Source of the DNA: a virus
Taxonomy: Duplodnaviria; Heunggongvirae; Uroviricota; Caudoviricetes
DNA length: 8,372 nucleotides
IMG/VR virus record: IMGVR_UViG_2648501110_000007
Strand: one strand, 5' to 3'
A model generated the notes under the pieces. It saw nothing but the letters and a program-made list of their open reading frames with translations, was not told the DNA's origin and searched no databases. The translations under genes were made by a program, and so were the position numbers. Shown here one piece after another: positions 1 to 6,795 of the stretch (positions are counted from its first letter, which is position 1; every line of letters begins with the position of its first letter).

Positions 1-95
1 GGGGAGGAAGGAAACTACCGGATGGAAAGAGTCCCCCTAAAGCAGACTGACAGACATCACAAATCCCCGGGTGGGGATTTGTGTATAAGAGACAG
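1..95. other. Leader segment with no lambda-U-like coding frame; its last 19 nt (77-95, ATTTGTGTATAAGAGACAG) resemble a Tn5/IS50 terminal end. Possible edge of an IS4-family element or a chimeric junction.
   Basis: The U frame has an in-frame TGA at 48-50 and no recognisable U similarity upstream of 96. 79-95 matches the 3' 17 nt of the Tn5 mosaic end (AGATGTGTATAAGAGACAG); 77-95 matches the ME and the IS50 outside end at 17/19 each. The reverse complement contains TTATACACA, the DnaA-box-like core of the IS50 outside end. The interior does not match IS50 as I recall it. Confidence 0.35.
58..83. repeat. Perfect 11-bp inverted repeat CACAAATCCCC / GGGGATTTGTG separated by a 4-nt spacer (GGGT)
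   Basis: Direct reading: 58-68 is the exact reverse complement of 73-83. It overlaps the Tn5-like terminal sequence and is not followed by a T-tract on either strand. Confidence 0.8.
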
Positions 96-212
96 GCACT
101 GGCAGGGATGATTACCACGATGGTTCAGCAGGGCTATGACTATCGTCGTGATGACGATATGGCGTTATGGAGCTCTGCAGATTTGACTTATTCCATTACA
201 TACGAGATGTGA
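96..212 (+). pseudogene. U: Tail terminator protein U, C-terminal fragment only (5'-truncated)
   Basis: Translation [38 protein letters not shown] closely matches the C-terminus of lambda gpU (131 aa, from memory). Stop TGA at 210-212, 7 nt before the V start. Upstream the frame hits TGA at 48-50; the only in-frame ATG before the conserved GYDYRR block is at 108. Confidence 0.6.
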
Positions 213-219
213 GGACGAT

Positions 220-972
220 ATGCCAACACCAAATCCCCTGGCGCCGGTAAAAGGTGCCGGTACCACTCTGTGGGTTTACACCGGCAAGGGTGATGCTTAT
301 GCAAACCCGTTGTCAGATGATGACTGGCAGCGACTGGCTAAGGTGAAGGATCTGACGCCGGGCGAGATGACGGCAGAATCCTACGATGATAACTACCTGG
401 ATGATGAAGACGCGGACTGGAGCGCGACCGGGCAGGGGCAGAAGTCTGCAGGAGATACCAGTTTTACGCTGGCCTGGAAACCGGGAGAAGAAGGTCAGAA
501 AGGGCTTATAGGCTGGTTTGAAAGCGGGGATGTGCGGGCCTATAAAATCCGTTTCCCGAACGGCACGGTGGATGTGTTCCGTGGCTGGGTCAGCAGTATC
601 GGTAAGGCCGTAACGGCGAAGGAAGTGATCACCCGTACGGTGAAAGTGACCAACGTGGGTAAACCTTCCGTGGCGGAAGAACGCAGCGAAATTACGCCGG
701 CCACTGCAATTAAGGTGACACCGACATCCGGTACCGTGGAAAAAGGAAAAACAACCACCCTGACTGTTTCTTTTGAGCCGGAAAGTGCAACCGACAAGAC
801 GTTCAGAGCGGTTTCCGCCGATCCGTCAACGGGAACCATTGCTGTGAAAGATATGGTGATCACTGTGACGGGGGTTAAGGCTGGAAAAGTGAGTATCCCC
901 GTGATTTCCGGTAATGGTCAGTTTGCCACGGTAGCTGAAGTCACCGTTACTGAAGCAGGCGCTGCAGGGTAA
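220..972 (+). CDS. V: Major tail tube protein V, with C-terminal Ig-like (Big_2-type) domain
   Basis: 250-aa ORF that aligns along its length with lambda gpV (e.g. [61 protein letters not shown]). GAGGA lies 4 nt upstream of ATG 220. The C-terminal ~90 aa is Thr/Val-rich, like the lambda gpV Ig-like domain. Confidence 0.95.
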   Translation: MPTPNPLAPVKGAGTTLWVYTGKGDAYANPLSDDDWQRLAKVKDLTPGEMTAESYDDNYLDDEDADWSATGQGQKSAGDTSFTLAWKPGEEGQKGLIGWFESGDVRAYKIRFPNGTVDVFRGWVSSIGKAVTAKEVITRTVKVTNVGKPSVAEERSEITPATAIKVTPTSGTVEKGKTTTLTVSFEPESATDKTFRAVSADPSTGTIAVKDMVITVTGVKAGKVSIPVISGNGQFATVAEVTVTEAGAAG

Positions 973-985
973 ACGGAGGTCATAC

Positions 986-1417
986 ATGTTTCTGAAAACA
1001 GAACAATTTGAATATAACGGTGTGTCTGTCACGCTTTCCGAATTGTCTGCGCTGCAGCGTATTGAGCATCTTGCCCTCCTGAAACGGCGTGCAGAACAGG
1101 CAGAATCCAGCGGCAACCTGCAGGTAAGCGTGGAAGATCTCGTCAGAACCGGCGCGTTTCTGGTGGCGATGTCCCTGTGGCATAACCATCCGCAGAAAAC
1201 GGGGTCACCGTCAATGAATGAGGCTGTGATGCAGATTGAGCAGGAAGTCCTGACCACCTGGCCTGCTGATGCCATTGCCCGGGCGGAAGATGTGGTGTTG
1301 CGTCTGTCCGGGATGAGCGGGCCTGTTCATGTGGATACGGATATTACCGAAGTGGCGAAAAATAACGCGCTGACTGATGATGATTTTTCTGCGGGAAAGT
1401 CTTCGACGGCGAGCTGA
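986..1417 (+). CDS. G: Tail assembly chaperone G
   Basis: 143-aa ORF similar to lambda gpG (MFLKTE..., TLSELSALQRIEHLAL, RTGAFLVAMSLWHNHPQKT, SMNEAVMQIEQEVLTTWP). GGAGG at 975-979, 6 nt before ATG 986. Frame ends ...FSAGKSSTAS*. Confidence 0.92.
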   Translation: MFLKTEQFEYNGVSVTLSELSALQRIEHLALLKRRAEQAESSGNLQVSVEDLVRTGAFLVAMSLWHNHPQKTGSPSMNEAVMQIEQEVLTTWPADAIARAEDVVLRLSGMSGPVHVDTDITEVAKNNALTDDDFSAGKSSTAS

Positions 1418-1857
1418 ATTTTGCCCTCAGACTGGCGCGTGAGATGGGGAGGCCTGACTGGCGCGCCATGCTTGCCGGGATGACATCCACCGAATATGCC
1501 GACTGGCGACATTTTTACCGCATGCATTATTTTCACGATACCCAGCTGGATATGCATTTTTCCGGGCTGACGTACGCTGTACTCAGCCTGTTTTTTTGCG
1601 ATCCGGATATGCATCCCTCTGATTTCAGTCTGCTTGTCCCCCGGCATGAGGAAGAGCAGGTGGAGAGGCCGGATGAGGACAAAATGCTGATGCAGAAAGC
1701 GGCAGGACTTGCCGGAGGCGTCCGGTTCGGTGGGGACGGAGGGCGCGATATTTTATCGTCTGCGGATGTGGCGGATGTCATGGTGGATGATGCCGCATTA
1801 ATGATGGCTTCAGCGGGGATTTCCGGAGGTGTGAGATATGTCCCAGCCGGTTGGTGA
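986..1857 (+). CDS. T: Tail assembly chaperone G-T fusion, made by programmed -1 ribosomal frameshift at the slippery heptamer GGGAAAG (1393-1399); the T-frame portion runs 1399-1857
   Basis: G_GGA_AAG sits in the G zero frame 6 codons before the G stop. The -1 frame is open from 1399 (VFDGELNFALRLAREMGRPDWRAMLAGM...) to TGA 1855-1857 and matches lambda gpT. The ORF-track entry 1444..1857 is the 3' part of this frame. This mirrors the established lambda G/GT frameshift. Confidence 0.85.
1393..1399 (+). other. -1 programmed frameshift slippery site (GGGAAAG)
   Basis: Heptamer in the correct register (codons GGA AAG in the G frame), with the T frame open downstream. Confidence 0.8.
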
Positions 1858-4417
1858 TCTTGTTATTGACCTTAGTCTGGATGCGGTCCGTTTCGATGAG
1901 CAGATGAGCCGGGTAAGGCGTCATTTTTCAGGTCTGGATACCGACGCCAGAAAAACCGCCAGTGCTGTTGAACAGGGCCTGAGCCGCCAGGCGCTGGCTG
2001 CACAAAAAGCCGGGATTTCCGTCGGGCAGTATAAAGCGGCCATGCGAACCCTGCCCGCACAGTTTACGGATATCGCCACGCAGCTTGCCGGTGGTCAGAA
2101 TCCCTGGCTGATCCTGCTGCAACAGGGCGGTCAGGTGAAGGACTCCTTCGGCGGGATGATCCCCATGTTCAGGGGGCTTGCCGGTGCGATCACCCTGCCG
2201 ATGGTCGGGGTCACCTCGCTGGCGGTGGCGACAGGTGCGCTGGCGTACGCCTGGTACCAGGGGGATTCCACGCTTTCAGCGTTTAATAAAACCCTGGTTC
2301 TTTCCGGTAATCAGTCCGGACTGACTGCCGATCGCATGCTGACGCTCTCCAGAGCCGGACAGGCCGCAGGGCTGACGTTTAACCAGGCGAGTGAGTCACT
2401 GGCAGCCCTGGTGAATGCCGGTGTGCGTGGTGGTGAACAGTTTGATGCCATCAACCAGAGTGTCGCGCGTTTTGCTTCTGCATCCGGTGTGGAGGTGGAC
2501 AAGGTTGCAGAGGCTTTCGGAAAACTGACCACCGACCCGACGTCGGGGCTGATGGCGATGGCGCGCCAGTTCCGTAACGTGACGGCAGAGCAGATTGCGT
2601 ATGTTGCGCAGCTGCAGCGTTCCGGTGATGAGGCCGGGGCCTTACAGGCGGCGAACGATATCGCCACGAAAGGCTTTGATGAGCAGACCCGTCGCCTGAA
2701 AGAAAACATGGGGACACTGGAGACCTGGGCGGATAAAACCGGGAAGGCATTCAAATCGATGTGGGATGCCATTCTGGATATCGGTCGTCCTGAGTCCTCA
2801 GCGGATATGCTCGCCAGTGCGCAGAAGGCATTTGATGAGGCGGATAAAAAATGGCAGTGGTACCAGAGCCGGAGCCAGCGCCGCGGTAAAACCTCTTCTT
2901 TCCGGGCCAACCTTCAGGGCGCATGGAATGACCGGGAAAATGCCCGGCTGGGGCTGGCAGCGGCCACGCTGCAGTCGGATATGGAAAAAGCCGGTGAACT
3001 GGCCGCCAGGGACCGGGCCGAACGGGACGCATCACAGCTGAAGTATACCGGAGAGGCGCAGAAGGGGTATGAGCGTCTGCTGACGTCGCTGGAGAAATAT
3101 ACCGCCCGTCAGGAAGAACTGAATAAGGCCCTGAAAGACGGGAAAATCCTGCAGGCGGATTACAACACGCTGATGGCGGCGGCGAAAAAGGATTATGAAT
3201 CGACGCTGAAAAAGCCGAAGTCGTCAGGAGTCAAAGTGTCAGCCGGTGAGCGTCAGGAAGACCAGGCGCATGCTGCCCTGCTGGCGCTTGAAACCGAGCT
3301 CCGGACGCTGGAAAAACACAGCGGTGCGAATGAGAAAATCAGCCAGCAGCGTCGCGATTTATGGAAAGCGGAAAATCAGTATGCGGTCCTGAAAGAGGCA
3401 GCCACGAAACGGCAGTTATCTGAGCAGGAAAAATCCCTGCTGACCCATGAGAAAGAGACGCTGGAGTACAAACGCCAGCTGGCTGAGCTGGGAGACAAAG
3501 TTGAACACCAGAAACGGCTGAATGAGCTGGCACAGCAGGCTGCGCGGTTTGAGCAGCAGCAGGGCGCGAAGCAGGCGGCAATCAGTGCCCAGGCGCGGGG
3601 CCTCACCGACCGTCAGGCGCAGTGGGAGTCGGAAGAGCAGCACCTTCGTGACGTGTACGGTGATAATCCGGATGCGCTGGCGAAGGCCACATCTGCACTG
3701 AAGAACACCTGGTCTGCGGAGGAGCAGCTTCGTGGAAGCTGGATGGCCGGTCTGAAGTCCGGCTGGGGCGAGTGGGCAGAAAGTGCGACGGACAGTTTTT
3801 CGCAGGTTAAAAGCGTGGCCACGCAGACCTTTGACGGTATTGCACAGAATATGGCAGCGATGCTGACCGGCAGTGAGCAGAACTGGCGCAGCTTCACCCG
3901 TTCCGTGCTGTCCATGATGACAGAAATTCTGCTTAAGCAGGCAATGGTGGGGATTGTCGGGAGTATCGGTAGCGCCATTGGCGGGGCTGTTGGTGGCGGC
4001 GCATCCGCATCAGGCGGTACAGCCATTCAGGCAGCTGCGGCGAAATTCCATTTTGCGACCGGAGGATTTACGGGAACCGGCGGCAAATATGAGCCAGCGG
4101 GGATTGTTCACCGTGGTGAGTTTGTCTTCACGAAGGAGGCAACCAGCCGGATTGGCGTGGGGAATCTTTACCGGCTTATGCGCGGCTATGCCACCGGCGG
4201 TTATGTCGGTACACCGGGCAGTCTGGCGGACAGCCGGTCGCAGGCGTCCGGGAAGTTTGAGCAGAATAACCATGTGGTGATTAACAACGACGGCACGAAC
4301 GGGCAGATAGGACCACAGGCGCTGAAGGCGGTGTATGACATGGCCCGCAAGGGTGCCCGTGATGAAATTCAGACACAGATGCGTGATGGTGGCCTGTTCT
4401 CCGGAGGTGGACGATGA
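1838..4417 (+). CDS. H: Tail tape measure protein H
   Basis: 859-aa ORF. N-terminal ~300 aa and C-terminal ~350 aa are very similar to lambda gpH (e.g. PVGDLV.DLSLDA.RFDEQM.RVRRHFSG, FTRSVLSMMTEILLKQAMVGIVGSIGSAIGGAVGGGASASGG, GQIGP.ALKAVYDMARKGARDEIQTQMRDGGLFSGGGR). Central region is long, charged and helical. GGAGG lies 8 nt before ATG 1838. Start overlaps the T-frame end. Confidence 0.96.
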   Translation: MSQPVGDLVIDLSLDAVRFDEQMSRVRRHFSGLDTDARKTASAVEQGLSRQALAAQKAGISVGQYKAAMRTLPAQFTDIATQLAGGQNPWLILLQQGGQVKDSFGGMIPMFRGLAGAITLPMVGVTSLAVATGALAYAWYQGDSTLSAFNKTLVLSGNQSGLTADRMLTLSRAGQAAGLTFNQASESLAALVNAGVRGGEQFDAINQSVARFASASGVEVDKVAEAFGKLTTDPTSGLMAMARQFRNVTAEQIAYVAQLQRSGDEAGALQAANDIATKGFDEQTRRLKENMGTLETWADKTGKAFKSMWDAILDIGRPESSADMLASAQKAFDEADKKWQWYQSRSQRRGKTSSFRANLQGAWNDRENARLGLAAATLQSDMEKAGELAARDRAERDASQLKYTGEAQKGYERLLTSLEKYTARQEELNKALKDGKILQADYNTLMAAAKKDYESTLKKPKSSGVKVSAGERQEDQAHAALLALETELRTLEKHSGANEKISQQRRDLWKAENQYAVLKEAATKRQLSEQEKSLLTHEKETLEYKRQLAELGDKVEHQKRLNELAQQAARFEQQQGAKQAAISAQARGLTDRQAQWESEEQHLRDVYGDNPDALAKATSALKNTWSAEEQLRGSWMAGLKSGWGEWAESATDSFSQVKSVATQTFDGIAQNMAAMLTGSEQNWRSFTRSVLSMMTEILLKQAMVGIVGSIGSAIGGAVGGGASASGGTAIQAAAAKFHFATGGFTGTGGKYEPAGIVHRGEFVFTKEATSRIGVGNLYRLMRGYATGGYVGTPGSLADSRSQASGKFEQNNHVVINNDGTNGQIGPQALKAVYDMARKGARDEIQTQMRDGGLFSGGGR

Positions 4418-4743
4418 AAACCTTCCGCTGGAAAGTGAAACCCGGGATGGATGTGACATCGGCCCCTTCCGTAAGAAAGGTGCGCTTTGGTGATGGCTAT
4501 TCCCAGCGAGCGCCTGCCGGGCTGAATGCCAACCTGAAAACGTACAGCGTGACGCTTTCTGTCCCCCGCGAGGAGGCCACGGCACTGGAGTCGTTTCTGG
4601 AAGAGCACGGGGGCTGGAAAGCCTTTCTGTGGACGCCGCCTTATGACTGGCGGCAGATAAAGGTGACCTGCGCAAAATGGACATCGCGGGTCAGTATGCT
4701 ACGTGTTGAGTTCAGCGCAGAGTTTGAACAGGTGGTGAACTGA
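4414..4743 (+). CDS. M: Tail tip assembly protein M
   Basis: 109-aa ORF nearly identical to lambda gpM (MKTFRWKVKPGMDV...RVEFSAEFEQVVN). ATGA overlap with the H stop. Confidence 0.95.
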   Translation: MKTFRWKVKPGMDVTSAPSVRKVRFGDGYSQRAPAGLNANLKTYSVTLSVPREEATALESFLEEHGGWKAFLWTPPYDWRQIKVTCAKWTSRVSMLRVEFSAEFEQVVN

Positions 4744-5441
4744 TGCAGGATATCCGGCAGGAAACACTGAATGAATGCACCCGTGCGGAGCAGTCGGCCA
4801 GCGTGGTGCTCTGGGAAATCGACCTGACAGAGGTCGGTGGAGAACGTTATTTTTTCTGTAATGAGCAGAACGAAAAAGGTGAGCCGGTCACCTGGCAGGG
4901 GCGACAGTATCAGCCGTATCCCATTCAGGGGAGCGGTTTTGAACTGAATGGCAAAGGCACCAGTACGCGCCCCACGCTGACGGTTTCTAACCTGTACGGT
5001 ATGGTCACCGGGATGGCGGAAGATATGCAGAGTCTGGTCGGCGGAACGGTGGTCCGGCGTAAGGTTTACGCCCGTTTTCTGGATGCGGTGAACTTCGTCA
5101 ACGGAAACAGTTACGCCGATCCGGAGCAGGAGGTGATCAGCCGCTGGCGCATCGAGCAGTGCAGCGAACTGAGCGCGGTGAGTGCCTCTTTTGTACTGTC
5201 CACGCCGACGGAAACGGACGGTGCCGTTTTTCCGGGGCGCATCATGCTGGCCAACACCTGCACCTGGACCTATCGCGGTGACGAGTGCGGTTATCACGGT
5301 CCGGCGGTCGCGGATGAATATGATCAGCCGACGTCCGATATCACGAAGGATAAATGCAGCAAATGCCTGAGCGGCTGTAAGTTTCGCAATAACGTCGGCA
5401 ACTTTGGCGGCTTCCTTTCCATTAACAAACTTTCGCAGTGA
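4743..5441 (+). CDS. L: Tail tip assembly protein L (C-terminal cysteine cluster, Fe-S binding)
   Basis: 232-aa ORF nearly identical to lambda gpL. TGATG overlap with the M stop. C-terminal Cys pattern C-x-W-x5-E-C ... C-x2-C-x3-C, which in lambda gpL ligates an iron-sulfur cluster. Confidence 0.95.
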   Translation: MQDIRQETLNECTRAEQSASVVLWEIDLTEVGGERYFFCNEQNEKGEPVTWQGRQYQPYPIQGSGFELNGKGTSTRPTLTVSNLYGMVTGMAEDMQSLVGGTVVRRKVYARFLDAVNFVNGNSYADPEQEVISRWRIEQCSELSAVSASFVLSTPTETDGAVFPGRIMLANTCTWTYRGDECGYHGPAVADEYDQPTSDITKDKCSKCLSGCKFRNNVGNFGGFLSINKLSQ

Positions 5442-5446
5442 ATCCC

Positions 5447-6190
5447 ATGACAGAGACAGAATCAGCGATTCTGGCGCACGCCCGGCGATGTGCGCCAGCG
5501 GAGTCGTGCGGCTTCGTGGTGAGAACACCGGAGGGGGAAAGATATTTTCCCTGCGTGAATATCTCTGGTGAGCCGGAGGCGTATTTCCGGATGTCGCCGG
5601 AGGACTGGCTGAGTGCAGAAATGCAGGGAGAGATTGTGGCGCTGGTCCACAGCCACCCCGGTGGTCTGCCCTGGCTGAGTGAGGCCGACCGGCGGCTGCA
5701 GGTGCAGAGTGATTTGCCGTGGTGGCTGGTCTGCCGGGGGGCGATTCATAAATTCCGCTGTGTGCCGCATCTCACCGGGCGGCGCTTTGAGCACGGGGTG
5801 ACGGACTGTTACACGCTGTTCCGGGACGCTTACCATCTGGCGGGAATTGAGATGCCGGATTTTCATCGCGGGGATGACTGGTGGCGTCACGGCCAGAATC
5901 TCTATCTGGATAATATGGAGGCAACGGGGTTGTATCAGGTGCCGTTGTCAGCGGCCCAGCCGGGCGATGTGCTGCTGTGCTGTTTTGGTTCATCGGTGCC
6001 GAATCATGCCGCCATTTACTGTGGCGACGGCGAGCTGCTGCACCATATTCCTGAACAACTGAGTAAACGAGAGAGGTACACCGACAAATGGCAGCGACGC
6101 ACACACTCCCTCTGGCGTCACCGGGCATGGCACGCATCTGCCTTTACGGGGATTTGCAACGATTTGGTCGCCGTATCGACCTTCGTGTGA
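5447..6190 (+). CDS. K: Tail tip assembly protein K, two-domain: N-terminal JAB/MPN (JAMM) domain plus C-terminal NlpC/P60-like domain. Start uncertain (GTG 5438, ATG 5447, or internal ATG 5591 as in the classical lambda annotation).
   Basis: ORF is open from the L stop to 6190. JAMM motif H-S-H-x7-S-x2-D at 5648-5686 with an upstream E-x-C-G (5501-5512). NlpC/P60-like Cys in GVTDCYTLF (5807-5809) and His in NHAAIYCG. Internal ATG 5591 has GGAGG 11 nt upstream and corresponds to the classical 199-aa lambda K start. Confidence 0.85.
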   Translation: MTETESAILAHARRCAPAESCGFVVRTPEGERYFPCVNISGEPEAYFRMSPEDWLSAEMQGEIVALVHSHPGGLPWLSEADRRLQVQSDLPWWLVCRGAIHKFRCVPHLTGRRFEHGVTDCYTLFRDAYHLAGIEMPDFHRGDDWWRHGQNLYLDNMEATGLYQVPLSAAQPGDVLLCCFGSSVPNHAAIYCGDGELLHHIPEQLSKRERYTDKWQRRTHSLWRHRAWHASAFTGICNDLVAVSTFV

Positions 6191-6735
6191 AAACGGGGGC
6201 TGAAGCCATCCGGGCACTGGCCACACAGCTCCCGGTGTTTCGTCAGAAACTGAATGAGGGCTGGTATCAGGTGCGCATTGCCGGGCGTGATGCAGGCGAA
6301 AACGAATTATCTGCCCGTCTTAATGAGCCGCTGGCAAATGGTGCCGTGATCCACATCGTACCGCGTCTGGCGGGAGCTAAAAGTGGCGGTGTGTTTCAGG
6401 TGGTGCTTGGGGCGGCGCTGATTGCGGTGGCATGGTGGAACCCTGTGGGCTGGCTGGGGGCCGCGGCTGTATCGGGCATGTATGCGGCAGGGGCCAGTAT
6501 GATCCTGGGCGGAGTGGCGCAGATGCTGGCACCGAAAGCCAGGACGCCCACGGCAGCCAGTACAGATAACGGCAAACAGAACACCTATTTCTCCTCACTG
6601 GATAACATGGTTGCCCAGGGCAATGTTCTGCCTGTTCTGTACGGTGAAATGCGCGTGGGGTCACGTGTGGTTTCTCAGGAGATCAGCACGGCAGACGAAG
6701 GGGATGGTGGTCAGGTTGTGGTGATTGGTCGCTGA
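6088..6735 (+). CDS. I: Tail tip assembly protein I (N-terminal ubiquitin-like/beta-grasp domain)
   Basis: 215-aa ORF similar to lambda gpI at both ends (MAATHTLPLASPGMARICLYGDLQRFGRRIDLRV... and ...NGKQNTYFSSLDNMVAQGNVLPVLYGEMRVGSRVVSQEISTADEGDGGQVVVIGR). Starts 103 nt inside the 3' end of K in another frame, as in lambda. GAGAGG upstream. Confidence 0.92.
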   Translation: MAATHTLPLASPGMARICLYGDLQRFGRRIDLRVKTGAEAIRALATQLPVFRQKLNEGWYQVRIAGRDAGENELSARLNEPLANGAVIHIVPRLAGAKSGGVFQVVLGAALIAVAWWNPVGWLGAAAVSGMYAAGASMILGGVAQMLAPKARTPTAASTDNGKQNTYFSSLDNMVAQGNVLPVLYGEMRVGSRVVSQEISTADEGDGGQVVVIGR

Positions 6736-6753
6736 TGCAAAATGTTTTATGTG

Positions 6754-6780
6754 AAACCGCCTCCGGGCGGTTTTATCGTT
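6754..6780 (+). terminator. Terminator-like hairpin in the I-J intergenic spacer: AAACCGCC-TCCG-GGCGGTTT followed by TTTTATCGTTT
   Basis: Direct reading: 5-bp GC stem (CCGCC/GGCGG) extended by A:T pairs, 4-nt loop, T-rich tail. It lies between the I stop (6735) and the J Shine-Dalgarno/ATG (6796). The stem is short, so as a terminator it would be weak. Confidence 0.3.
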
Positions 6781-6795
6781 TATGGAGCGTGAGGA

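Noticed and set aside
22-111. 29-codon + strand ORF (MERVPLKQTDRHHKSPGGDLCIRDRHWQG) with a GGAGGAAGGA stretch upstream and a TGA overlapping the ATG at 108
   Set aside because: Very short, spans the putative element junction, and has no recognisable similarity; it is more likely a chance ORF than a gene. It is only worth revisiting if 1-95 proves to be part of a mobile element.
540-1275. Minus-strand ORFs 540..863 and 826..1275 overlapping V and G
   Set aside because: Antisense to well-supported V and G coding sequence, with no independent support.
1444-1857. Track ORF (137 aa) starting at an internal ATG, which could be read as a standalone T gene
   Set aside because: It is the distal part of the -1 frame reached by frameshifting from G at 1393-1399; there is no convincing independent ribosome-binding site, and in lambda T is made only as the G-T fusion.
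2311-3643. Minus-strand and alternative-frame ORFs inside H (2311..2910, 2451..2750, 2751..3035, 2766..3041, 3339..3643 and others)
   Set aside because: They lie entirely within the conserved H coding sequence and have skewed, low-complexity composition; they are best explained as GC-driven open frames, not genes.
4010-5528. Long minus-strand ORFs (4010..4684, 224 aa; 4641..5528, 295 aa) antisense to H, M and L
   Set aside because: They are antisense to strongly conserved tail genes in GC-rich sequence where stop codons are scarce. Their translations are low-complexity (Arg/Ser/Pro/Ala-rich) and there is no start context; they are typical shadow ORFs.
5462-6226. Minus-strand and alternative-frame ORFs overlapping K and I (5462..5890, 5772..6137, 5847..6062, 5990..6226)
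   Set aside because: The K and I frames carry recognisable catalytic and conserved motifs; the overlapping ORFs are Arg/Pro-rich shadows.
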